Shown piece after piece: positions 19,214 to 27,759 of a stretch of 64,000 bases of DNA. The stretch's first letter is position 1. The number at the start of each line of letters is the position of its first letter. The stretch lies in the NCBI GenBank assembly GCA_964619265.1, contig CAZUCE010000017.1, positions 1 through 64,000 of the forward strand, written 5' to 3'. Source of the DNA: an uncultured Planctomycetaceae bacterium (GTDB taxonomy: Bacteria; Planctomycetota; UBA1135; GCA-002686595). Position numbers and translations under genes: made by a program. The notes under the pieces were generated by a model, which was given only the letters and a program-made list of their open reading frames with translations, did no database searches and was not told where the DNA came from.

Positions 19214-20140
19214 TTACTGCTTGCGCAGGAACGAGACGAAGTCGGCCTCGAGCTCGGGCAGGCCGTAGTCCGGCACGGTGAGGCAGCGGTACACGATCTG
19301 CGCCAGCGGCTCGGGGGTGTTCGGGTTGAGCTCGCGCGGCGGCGGGTAGGAGAGGAAGTAGGAGAGCGACAGGCGCTCGATCTCTCCGCCCTGTTCACGG
19401 CCGGCGTAGCGCCACGGCACTTCGTCAAAGGGCAGCGTGCCGGTGAGGATCTCGTACAGCATCACGCCGATGCCCATGACGTCGGCCTTGGGCGAGCGCA
19501 GCAACAGCGGGTTGTAGTGCGGCGTGGTCGAGATCAGCTGTCGGCCAGACTGGCGCATAGCCGGGTCGATCATGACCACCGATCCTGACGGCTTGACCAG
19601 GATGTTCTCGGGCTTGAGATCGCCGTGATAGCCCATCGGGCTGTTCTTCTCGAGCCGCTGCAGGGCGCGTACCAACGAGAGGAACCAGTTGAGCCGGATG
19701 CCTTCCAACGCGCGGATCTTCTCGCGCAGGGTCTTGCCGCGGACGAAGTCCATCACCAGGATCGGGCGACCCTCATGTTCGACCACCTCGCGCAAACGGA
19801 CCAAATTCTGGCTCTTGGTCTGGGAGAGCAACTCGCCCTCGGAGCGCAGTAGCTCGTCGATCTCGATGACGTCGAGGAAGTCGACGCGAATGCCGTCGTT
19901 GCGGAAGAAGATGGCTTCGCCCGGCGTCTCGTCGGGGCTGAGCCAATCGGGTGAGCGGTGGCTTGTGACTTCGAGGCAGCGCGTGATGTAGCGGCCGCCT
20001 CCGGCCAGGTCCCCGATTTTCAGAGCGACTTTTTGGCCCTTCGCGTCTTCGGCTTGGTAGACGCAGGCGAAGCCCCCGCGGGCCAAGAATTCCACGATGC
20101 GGTAAGTGCCGATGGTCTCGCCAGTTTCGAGCCGGATCAT
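19214..20140 (-). CDS. small atypical Ser/Thr protein kinase-like protein (HGD catalytic loop, DPA in place of DFG)
   Basis: ATG revcomp 20138-20140. Gly-rich loop LARGGFACVY, VALKI lysine, HGDLKPENILV; degenerate DFG/APE. 308 aa with no TM. Confidence 0.7.
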   Translation of the reverse strand: MIRLETGETIGTYRIVEFLARGGFACVYQAEDAKGQKVALKIGDLAGGGRYITRCLEVTSHRSPDWLSPDETPGEAIFFRNDGIRVDFLDVIEIDELLRSEGELLSQTKSQNLVRLREVVEHEGRPILVMDFVRGKTLREKIRALEGIRLNWFLSLVRALQRLEKNSPMGYHGDLKPENILVKPSGSVVMIDPAMRQSGRQLISTTPHYNPLLLRSPKADVMGIGVMLYEILTGTLPFDEVPWRYAGREQGGEIERLSLSYFLSYPPPRELNPNTPEPLAQIVYRCLTVPDYGLPELEADFVSFLRKQ

Positions 20141-20451
20141 TGGGGGAGCTCCGCGTCGTGGGCCTCGGAAGAGGCGCCGTAGGGAAAAGAGAGGCTTTTC
20201 GAGTCGGGTCAGCCGGTCCGCGGAAAGGCTCTCGTGGGTCGAGAGGAAGGGGGCACGGATCGGAGTCGGTGATCGCTTGGGATCCCCGGCTGACCCCCTC
20301 TTCGATCGGGGCGCAGGCTTGGCTGAAACCCAGATGGCCTGCTCAGCGCGGAACGCGCGGCATTCCCACGTCTGGGCTGCTTTGAGCCCGATTTCCCAGC
20401 CCGACCCCCCCTCCGCGAGCTTCTTTCCACCCCCCCGAGGGTTCCCCTGAT

Positions 20452-20886
20452 CTAGCGGGGCGCGGGTTCCAACGGCTCGAGCTCGAGGTTCTCGTCGAGC
20501 TCCAGGACTTCCGCGACGCCTTCGGCCACGGTCCCTGTCCCGACCCACTCGGGTCCCGATCGATGGGGCCGCAGCCGCCAGGCTCGTCCGAGCTCGTCGA
20601 TCAAGCCGAGCTCCTGAGCCCAGCGATTTTGAACCGCGTACCACGGACCGTAGCCGGCTTCCTCCGGTGCGGCCGGGTCCCTGTGCTCGGGAGAATAGCG
20701 CCGGACGAACCCGACCAGCTCGCCGCCTGCGGTGACCCGCCACGAGGCTTCGTTGATGCCGACCACCGGGGGAACGGCTTCCGGCGACGAGATGCGCTCG
20801 GTGCGCGTCTCCACGCAGCCACACAGGAGAGCGGCCAGGGTCCAGGGCCCGAGGCGGCTGTGTCGTCGGGGTCGAGAGTCGCTCAT
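20452..20886 (-). CDS. small lipoprotein (144 aa)
   Basis: ATG revcomp 20884-20886 overlapping the upstream stop (ATGA). LAALLCGCVE lipobox. Confidence 0.55.
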   Translation of the reverse strand: MSDSRPRRHSRLGPWTLAALLCGCVETRTERISSPEAVPPVVGINEASWRVTAGGELVGFVRRYSPEHRDPAAPEEAGYGPWYAVQNRWAQELGLIDELGRAWRLRPHRSGPEWVGTGTVAEGVAEVLELDENLELEPLEPAPR

Positions 20887-23126
20887 GTTCCGGTCGCAGG
20901 TCGCTTGCGGGGCCACAGGAAGGCCAACAGGATCAGCAGCGCGCAGATTCCTGACAGCACGGCCCCTAGCCGGAAGCTGGAAGGAGCGTAGCGCACGACC
21001 AGCTCGTGCTGACCTTCGGGGATCCAGACGCCTCGCAAGGCGTGGTTGGTTCGCACAATCGGGACCTGGTGTCCGTCGAGCTCGGCCTTCCAGCCGGGGG
21101 TCCAAGCCTCGGTCCAGACCAGCAGCGAAGGGGCCAGAGCTTCGAGATCGAAGGCAACTTGGGTGCCGGAGCCCGTTGCCTCTCGAACGCGACCCCGCGG
21201 CCCGTCGCCCCGATAGGTCTCGAAGCCGGCTGGCGGAGGACTCTCGATAAGGGCGAGCCACGGGTCGAAGTCGGGTGCCCCCAGCTGCGCGAGTCGATCT
21301 TCGCGGCCGGGCGCGAACTCCACCGAGCGCGCGAAGAACCAGCGGGGGAGCGCCAACGGATTGGCGTAGACGAGCGGCCCGTCCTCGGACTCATGGAGCA
21401 GCTCAAGAGGCGGAGGAAGTTGCTGACCCGAAACCACGCAGTCGATTCCCAGCATCGACCCAAGCGGAAGCTGGCGGTCGAAGTAGCGGATCTCCTTCAG
21501 AAACAGCTCGGCGCGCGGGTCGCCGGTGAGCAAAGCAATCAGCTCCGCCACGCGATCGTCTTCGATCGAGTCGTAGCCGGTCACGAGCGGAATGTCGAAG
21601 AACAGGTTCGCGCTTGGAATCAACGTGGAGTTGTCGAGACACAGAACGCGAGTCTCGGGTTGCTCGGCGACTCGCGTGCTCAGGAAGGCCGTGAGCGGAG
21701 TTTCGGGAAGTGCACGATCCGGTTCGATCGCCGGTTGGAATCCGCTTCCGAACGAAACGAGTTCGAAACCAACGGCGAGAACGGCGAGCGAGCCGACCCA
21801 GAGAGCGCGCGATCCCCCGAGCGCGCGTTGAAGCGCGGCGGCGCCTTGTGCGGCGAGCACCGCGATTCCAAGCGCGACGAGCAGCAGAAGTCGCAGGAGT
21901 TTGGTTTGCCGCAGTGGACCGATCTCGCGTGCCAGCTCGTAGAACGGCGGCAGTTGCCAGGCGACGGCACCGGCCACCAGCGCGAGCCCCGCGAAAAACC
22001 ACCGGTCCCGGGAAGAACCGCGCGCAAATAGACCGAGCAGGGCGAAGACCAGGGCCACGCGGCCGACGTAGCCGCCGATCAATTCGCTGTAGTTGAGGTT
22101 GTCGCCTTGGGGCCCGGTGTATTCACCACGATCGGGACGGCCGTGGGCGTTCGGATCGACCAGCAGCACGGCGGCCTCGCCAAAGCCGACCTCGGCGGTC
22201 GGGTCGAGCTGGTCGAAGATCTGAGCCGCCCGGGAGTGACCCAGGTATTCGAGGGTCGGCCACAGCTGCAGGGCGCCGAGACCGAGGCCGAGCAAAGCGC
22301 CGAGCGCGAGGGCGCCCAGCCCCCTCCAGCGGAGGCTGGGGCCGAGCCCGCCGGGCAGCAAGCGGAACGCGGCGTACAGCGCGACCGCCAAGCCGGCGTG
22401 GAGCGCGGTCTGCAGGTGGCCTCCGAGCGCAACGCCGCCGACCACCAAGGCGGCCCAGGCGACGGCTTTTGGATCGGCGCGGCGCGCCGCCCGTTCGACG
22501 CACCACAACGAAGCCGGCAGCAGCAGCGCGACGTTGGTGTGCGGATGCCCAAGCCAGGCGATCAAAAAGCCTGAGCCTGCGAAGGCGATGCCGCCGAGTG
22601 TGGCCGGGAGGCCGGGCAGCCCGCGGGCTCGCAGGAACGCTCGCAGGAACAGACCGGCCGCCAGCAGCTTGCTGAACGCGATCCACTCGAGCGTCTGGAA
22701 GCTCGGAAAGAGGTAGTAGAGGAACGAGAGCGGGAAGGCGAGGGCGCCACTCGCCGAAGCGTGCAGCGGCTGGCCCAGATAGTTGTCCGGATTCCACAGC
22801 GGGAGCTCGCCCTGCCGAAGTCCGCGGGCCGTTCGGTCGAGCCAGGGAATCGTCACGATCGCCTGGTCGAGCAGCAGAGGATTGCTCGGTGGTTCGGGGC
22901 GCGTGGAGCTCCAAGGTTCGAAAGCAGCCAGGGTGTCCAGGGGCGCGAGGATCCGATCGCTGCCGAGCGCCGGCCAGAGCAGGACCAGAGCAAACAGCGG
23001 GATCGCGAGCCAAGAAAGGCGCTCTGCGAGCCCGAGGGGCCGGCCCACGGGCAGGCCCGGCCGCTCCACCGGATCGTGGGGCAGCCGTTCGGAGGAGCGG
23101 GAAGAGGGGGGACCGGTGGCACCCAT
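20883..23126 (-). CDS. polytopic membrane protein, YfhO-like / GT-C-type glycosyltransferase-like (about 12 TM plus C-terminal periplasmic domain)
   Basis: 747 aa. The N-terminal 470 aa are strongly hydrophobic with multiple TMs; the C-terminal domain is soluble and ends in a final TM. The family call is from architecture only. Confidence 0.55.
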   Translation of the reverse strand: MGATGPPSSRSSERLPHDPVERPGLPVGRPLGLAERLSWLAIPLFALVLLWPALGSDRILAPLDTLAAFEPWSSTRPEPPSNPLLLDQAIVTIPWLDRTARGLRQGELPLWNPDNYLGQPLHASASGALAFPLSFLYYLFPSFQTLEWIAFSKLLAAGLFLRAFLRARGLPGLPATLGGIAFAGSGFLIAWLGHPHTNVALLLPASLWCVERAARRADPKAVAWAALVVGGVALGGHLQTALHAGLAVALYAAFRLLPGGLGPSLRWRGLGALALGALLGLGLGALQLWPTLEYLGHSRAAQIFDQLDPTAEVGFGEAAVLLVDPNAHGRPDRGEYTGPQGDNLNYSELIGGYVGRVALVFALLGLFARGSSRDRWFFAGLALVAGAVAWQLPPFYELAREIGPLRQTKLLRLLLLVALGIAVLAAQGAAALQRALGGSRALWVGSLAVLAVGFELVSFGSGFQPAIEPDRALPETPLTAFLSTRVAEQPETRVLCLDNSTLIPSANLFFDIPLVTGYDSIEDDRVAELIALLTGDPRAELFLKEIRYFDRQLPLGSMLGIDCVVSGQQLPPPLELLHESEDGPLVYANPLALPRWFFARSVEFAPGREDRLAQLGAPDFDPWLALIESPPPAGFETYRGDGPRGRVREATGSGTQVAFDLEALAPSLLVWTEAWTPGWKAELDGHQVPIVRTNHALRGVWIPEGQHELVVRYAPSSFRLGAVLSGICALLILLAFLWPRKRPATGT

Positions 23127-24048
23127 GGGGTTCGGAGACTATCTTCCCGCGGTGGACCAAGAAGGAATTGAACTCACGCGCCGTGCCGGCGCCATCGCCG
23201 CCCGCTGCCGAGAGTGGGCCCGCACGACCATCGCGCCCGGCGTGAAGCTCCGCGATGTCCTCGAGGGCATCGAGGATCGGATCCGCGCCGAGGGGGCCCA
23301 GCCGGCCTTTCCAGCCCAGACCAGCCGGAATTCGATCGCCGCGCACTACTGCTCCTCCCCGGACGACGAATCGGCCTACGAGGCCGGAGACTGCGTCAAA
23401 GTCGACCTGGGGGTCCACGTGGACGGCTATATCGCCGACACGGCCTGCACGGTGGATTTGTCCGAGGACGGCCGCTGGGGCGACCTGATCGGAGCTTCGG
23501 CCGCCGCCCTCGAGGCCGCCATTGAGACAATCAAGCCCGGTCTACCCGTCGGAGAGGTCGGCGCGGTCGTCGAGCGCACGATTCTCGAACGCGGGTTTGA
23601 GCCGGTCCGCAACCTGACCGGCCACGGCCTGGCCCGCTGGCGCGTTCATACGCCGCCGCAGATTCCCTCCTACGCCGAGCGCGGTGGGGGCAGCTTCCAG
23701 GCCGGCATGATCGTGGCGGTTGAACCGTTCGCGTGCACCGGCCGCGGCTACATCCGCGAGCAGGGCAAGGCCGAGGTGTTCATGATGAGCGGCCCGCCGG
23801 CGCGGGCGAAGGGGCTCGACAAGGACATCCTCGCGGCGATTCAGAGTTGGCGCGGCTTGCCGATCGCACGGCGTTACTTCAGCGAATTTGAACCGAAGAA
23901 GCTCGAAGAGACGATCTCGAAACTGGCGCGGCAGGGCGTGCTGCATCGTTACCCGCCGCTCGTTGAAGAGCCGAACGTGATGGTCGCTCAAACCGAGCAT
24001 TCGCTCTACATCGGACCCAACGGCGTCGAGGTCCTCACGGCGGCTTAG
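23125..24048 (+). CDS. map: methionine aminopeptidase, type II (archaeal-like M24 peptidase)
   Basis: AHYCSSPDD, VDLGVHVDGYIADTA, HGLARWRVHTPPQIP and MIVAVEPF metal-ligand motifs. ATG 23125 overlaps the divergent YfhO start (CATG); an alternative GTG start lies at 23152. Confidence 0.8.
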   Translation: MGFGDYLPAVDQEGIELTRRAGAIAARCREWARTTIAPGVKLRDVLEGIEDRIRAEGAQPAFPAQTSRNSIAAHYCSSPDDESAYEAGDCVKVDLGVHVDGYIADTACTVDLSEDGRWGDLIGASAAALEAAIETIKPGLPVGEVGAVVERTILERGFEPVRNLTGHGLARWRVHTPPQIPSYAERGGGSFQAGMIVAVEPFACTGRGYIREQGKAEVFMMSGPPARAKGLDKDILAAIQSWRGLPIARRYFSEFEPKKLEETISKLARQGVLHRYPPLVEEPNVMVAQTEHSLYIGPNGVEVLTAA

Positions 24049-24118
24049 CCCGCTGGTCCTCCGCCGGCTGGCACCTGCCAGTCGATCCCGGCATTCTCCC
24101 TCTTTCTCCCAAGGATCT

Positions 24119-25810
24119 TTGAAGGTCGCTCTCGTGACCACGTCCCCGGCCATTCGGTCTGGGATTGGTGACTACACGCGGCACTTGTTGCCGTATCTGC
24201 TCGAGCACTTCGAGGTCGACCTGTACGTCGAGCCCGGGGCGCGGATCGAGGGTGTGAGGATTGTGGATCTCGCGCTGCGCTCCAGCGACGATTTGGATCC
24301 CACGCAGTACGACCGCGTGCTCTACCAGCTCGGCAACGAGCGCAATCATGCGTTCATGTCGCGCCTGATCCGGCGCATCGGGGGCGTGGTCGTTCAGCAC
24401 GACTGGGTGCTGTTCGACCTGGCGCTCGCGTCGTTCCCTGCGCTCACGCGCGGCGGCTTGAAGGGCGCGGCTCTGGCGACGCGCGAAGGTGGAACCCAGG
24501 GATTGGGCACCTATCTGGGCAACTGGCGGGATCGCCGAAACAGCCGCACCAAGCGGGTCGAGAGCCCCGCAGGTCCGCTCCCGCCCGGCGAGTTGTTGGC
24601 CGGATGGCACGACCCCGACGACCACGGACGGTGGTGCGCGGACTTCGCTCGCTTTCGGCTCCCCGCCGAAGGCGTTCGTTCGGTCACCGTGGCCGGGGCT
24701 GCGCCGGCAGGCACGCAACTCGACCTGAACCTGCTCGACGACAACGGCCGGGTAGCACGCACACTCGTGAGGCACGAATGCTCGAAAACTGAGCCTTGGG
24801 GCATCTTGACCAGCCAGCTCGATGGCCTGGATCAGCCCGTCCTGCAGCTCGAGGTCTCGCCGGTCCAAGTGACGGCCGAACAGCGCAGGCACGGCGATTC
24901 ACGTCGGTTGGGCTGTCACGTGGAGCGCATCGAATGGGAGAACCAAAGCGGCGCGCACGGACTCGACCTCGCGGGTCCCGCGGCCCACCCGATCCCGGTC
25001 GTCACGCTCTCCAGGGATCGCTTCCAACTTGCGCTGAACCGCTCCATCGTTCGCCAGGCGGACGGGTTCATCGTTCACAGCAACTACGTCGGCGACAACA
25101 TCCGCCGGGTGCGTGGCTCATCGAGCCACGTGGGTCTCGTTCCGCACGGCGCGGAGCGTCGCTGGCACGACAAACCGCTGGGCGAAGCGCGCCGCGAGCT
25201 AGGCCTCCCCGAGTCCTGGGCTCGCGGATTCCTCCTGGCCAGCTTCGGCGGCGTACAAGCGCACAAACGCGTCGATCGAGTGCTCGAAGGCCTGGCGCTC
25301 GCGAGGGAGCGTCGCCAGGACGTTCACCTCGTGATGGTCGGAGACGTTTGCTCGGAGAGTCTCGACGCACGGCTTGAAGCCAAGCGGCTGGGGGTTGAAG
25401 ACGCGGTGCATTTCGCCGGCTTCGCGCCGGAAGAGGAGGTCTTCCAGTGGCTCCATGCGGCCGATGCCGCGATCAACCTGCGCGGCCCAACCAGTGGCGG
25501 CAGCTCGGGCGGCATTTTCCAGACCTTCGCCTTCGGCCGGCCGGTGATCGCCTCGAATGCTGCTGAGCAGGCGGAGCTACCGGCGTCGTGCACCCTGCGC
25601 GTTCCACTCGGCGAGGGCGAAGTCGAATCGATCGCGGACCATCTCGTCGAGTTGGCCGGAAACGCCGCGCGCCTCGCTGAGTTGCAGGCCGCAGCGCGCG
25701 AGTTCGTGGAGACCGAGGCGCATTGGAGCCTGTGCGCCAAGCGCTACGCGGACTATCTCGCGAGCTTCCCCGCACACCGCGGGGCGCGCGGATCCTCCAC
25801 GGCGGTTTGA
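24119..25810 (+). CDS. glycosyltransferase family 4 (GT-B) with internal insertion
   Basis: TTG start preceded by AAGGA. MKVALVTTSP N-terminus. C-terminal GT4 signature (FAGFAPEEEV..LHAADAAINL..E..PVIASN). Confidence 0.8.
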   Translation: MKVALVTTSPAIRSGIGDYTRHLLPYLLEHFEVDLYVEPGARIEGVRIVDLALRSSDDLDPTQYDRVLYQLGNERNHAFMSRLIRRIGGVVVQHDWVLFDLALASFPALTRGGLKGAALATREGGTQGLGTYLGNWRDRRNSRTKRVESPAGPLPPGELLAGWHDPDDHGRWCADFARFRLPAEGVRSVTVAGAAPAGTQLDLNLLDDNGRVARTLVRHECSKTEPWGILTSQLDGLDQPVLQLEVSPVQVTAEQRRHGDSRRLGCHVERIEWENQSGAHGLDLAGPAAHPIPVVTLSRDRFQLALNRSIVRQADGFIVHSNYVGDNIRRVRGSSSHVGLVPHGAERRWHDKPLGEARRELGLPESWARGFLLASFGGVQAHKRVDRVLEGLALARERRQDVHLVMVGDVCSESLDARLEAKRLGVEDAVHFAGFAPEEEVFQWLHAADAAINLRGPTSGGSSGGIFQTFAFGRPVIASNAAEQAELPASCTLRVPLGEGEVESIADHLVELAGNAARLAELQAAAREFVETEAHWSLCAKRYADYLASFPAHRGARGSSTAV

Positions 25811-25917
25811 GAGGCAGCCGGCCCGAGGCTTCGCGGACCCCGGGCCACCGGGTTTCCGATGGAATCCCGCCGCTCTTGGTTCGTTGACCAGGCTCGCCGC
25901 CGGCAGCGCACCGGATC

Positions 25918-25976
25918 TTTGGCTGGTGACAGCTTGGCCGGTGACAGCCTTGCCGGGTGACAAACTGGCCGGGACC
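25918..25976. repeat. 3.5 tandem copies of about 15-bp unit TGGC(C/T)GGTGACAGC(C/T)
   Basis: Seen directly between the convergent GT4 and YceH genes. Confidence 0.6.
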
Positions 25977-26638
25977 TAGGACCGTGTTCCAAGTTCCCGC
26001 TCGAGCGCATCTAGGCGACGCTCGAGCTCGGCTACTCGCTGTGCAAGGGAGGGCTGGTCTCCCCTCGCGGGTGAATCGCCAGCAGGCTGAGGGGCAGCCG
26101 TTGCTGCGGGAGGCGGCTCGGCTGGGGCTACGGCGGCGTCCGGCGTGGAGAGGTGTTCGGTCAGCGTCGCGGTCCAGCGCTCGGAACGCGAGCCGCCTCC
26201 GGGGGGCAGGCGGCGGACGAGTTTCTTGGCCGACAGTCGGTCGAGGGTCGGGAGCAGGTCGGGCAGAGTCGGGATGTCGTGCATCCGCGAGGCGCGTTGG
26301 CGCAGGGCGCCCGGCGCTTGGGGGCCGCGCAGAAGCAGTTCGGCAAGGACGGCGAGTTCGGCGGTGGAGACGGCTAGCTTGTCGGCGGCACGATGTTCCC
26401 AGCGTTCGACGCGCGAGCCGCGGCCAGCGGGCAATCGTTCAGCGAGGTCTTTTTCCATCAGGCCGCCCATGCCGACCAGGACTTCGGCCTCCATGTAGTC
26501 CACGTGTGGGTCGCGGTTGGACTTTTGGTTGGAGCCGGCACGCAGTGCGTTGGCGCTCAAGGGATAGGCGTCCGGCGTGGTGAGCTGTTTCTCAATCAAG
26601 ACTCCCAGAAGGCGGGCTTCGACATCAAGCAGATGCAT
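25976..26638 (-). CDS. YceH/DUF480 (UPF0502) family protein
   Basis: ATG revcomp 26636-26638. MHLLDVEARLLGVLIEKQLTTPDAYPLS N-terminus typical of YceH, and a C-terminal coiled-coil. Confidence 0.8.
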   Translation of the reverse strand: MHLLDVEARLLGVLIEKQLTTPDAYPLSANALRAGSNQKSNRDPHVDYMEAEVLVGMGGLMEKDLAERLPAGRGSRVERWEHRAADKLAVSTAELAVLAELLLRGPQAPGALRQRASRMHDIPTLPDLLPTLDRLSAKKLVRRLPPGGGSRSERWTATLTEHLSTPDAAVAPAEPPPAATAAPQPAGDSPARGDQPSLAQRVAELERRLDALERELGTRS

Positions 26639-26805
26639 GGCGAGGAAGGAAGCGAGGCGTAGGCACTTTGGAGGAGCCCTGGGCGGAGGCTCTAGGCGGG
26701 AACTCGGACGGTTGGCCGAGGCGAGCATCCGATTCTAGGGCCGGAGTCGCGGGAGCAGGGTGCTCGGTGGGCGGCTGGAATCCCCGGCGCGTGACTGGGC
26801 CTCCG

Positions 26806-27759
26806 TCAGGAGCGCGAGATAGGACGTACACCAAGCTTGGGGTGTTGGTACCAGCACACCGCGCCGCCACCGGGAAGGTTGAGCTTGCCGGAGTGTTCGT
26901 ACTCCGCGAAGTAACCGGGGTCGCGCCGCTTGGGGCAGTAGTGGGTGACCAAGCTCTTGCGCGTGCCCTTGGGTTCGCTGTCCATGCGGCCGCCGTGGAC
27001 GAGGTCCGCGGACCAAATGAGTAGGTCACCCTGTTTGGGGAGGAATCGCTGTAGCTTGAGGCCCATCGCTTGGCAGCGGGCATGCAGCTCGTGGGGATAG
27101 GCCGGATCCGTGGCGAATTCTGCTGGGATACGCTTGCTGTCCGTGCCGGGGAACTTGATTTCGGGGATACGGTGGCTGCCCACGAAGTACTCGAGTTCCC
27201 CGGACCCCTCGCGCACGTCCTCAAGAGCCAGCCAGCTCGCGCATAGTTCGAGCGGGGACTCCTGGATCGGGACAAAGGCCGTGTCCTGGTGAACCGGCTG
27301 GCGAGTGCCGCGCTCGAACAGCAGCGTGGTGATGGCCAGCGGATCGTCCTCGAAGACGGTGCGCAGAAACGCAAGCACACGCGGAGCGAAGAACGCTTCG
27401 CGAACCTTCATGCACTCACCCTGGAGGTTGGTGAGCTTATGGGGTTGTTGGCGCAGCTCCGGCTGGGGCCAGGACATGCGCAATTCACCCTCTGAGTAGT
27501 GCTCGCAGTAGACGCTGCCGAACGCTCCCGCCCAGGCTTGTTCGGCCTCAGCCAGGATGCCCTCACAGATTTCAGCCGAAACCGCTCCTTCGAGGATCAC
27601 GTAGCCGTCGCGAATCCAGCTGTGAATCAGCTGGCCCTGGTCGCGCGCCACCTGCCCGGACGCGAGCCGGCGTTCCAGTTCTTCCCGGGCGTCGAGACGA
27701 TCCGTCCACAGGCCACCATGTCGACTGAAGGTGACGGGTGAATCGGAAGGCAACGTCAT
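26806..27759 (-). CDS. phytanoyl-CoA dioxygenase (PhyH) family Fe(II)/2OG oxygenase
   Basis: HQD..H iron-binding pattern (PVHQDTAF ... GGAVCWYQHPKLG). The ATG overlaps the upstream stop (ATGA). Confidence 0.75.
   Translation of the reverse strand: MTLPSDSPVTFSRHGGLWTDRLDAREELERRLASGQVARDQGQLIHSWIRDGYVILEGAVSAEICEGILAEAEQAWAGAFGSVYCEHYSEGELRMSWPQPELRQQPHKLTNLQGECMKVREAFFAPRVLAFLRTVFEDDPLAITTLLFERGTRQPVHQDTAFVPIQESPLELCASWLALEDVREGSGELEYFVGSHRIPEIKFPGTDSKRIPAEFATDPAYPHELHARCQAMGLKLQRFLPKQGDLLIWSADLVHGGRMDSEPKGTRKSLVTHYCPKRRDPGYFAEYEHSGKLNLPGGGAVCWYQHPKLGVRPISRS

Noticed and set aside
19625-19991. Small plus-strand ORFs inside the kinase gene
   Set aside because: Antisense to a gene with clear kinase motifs.
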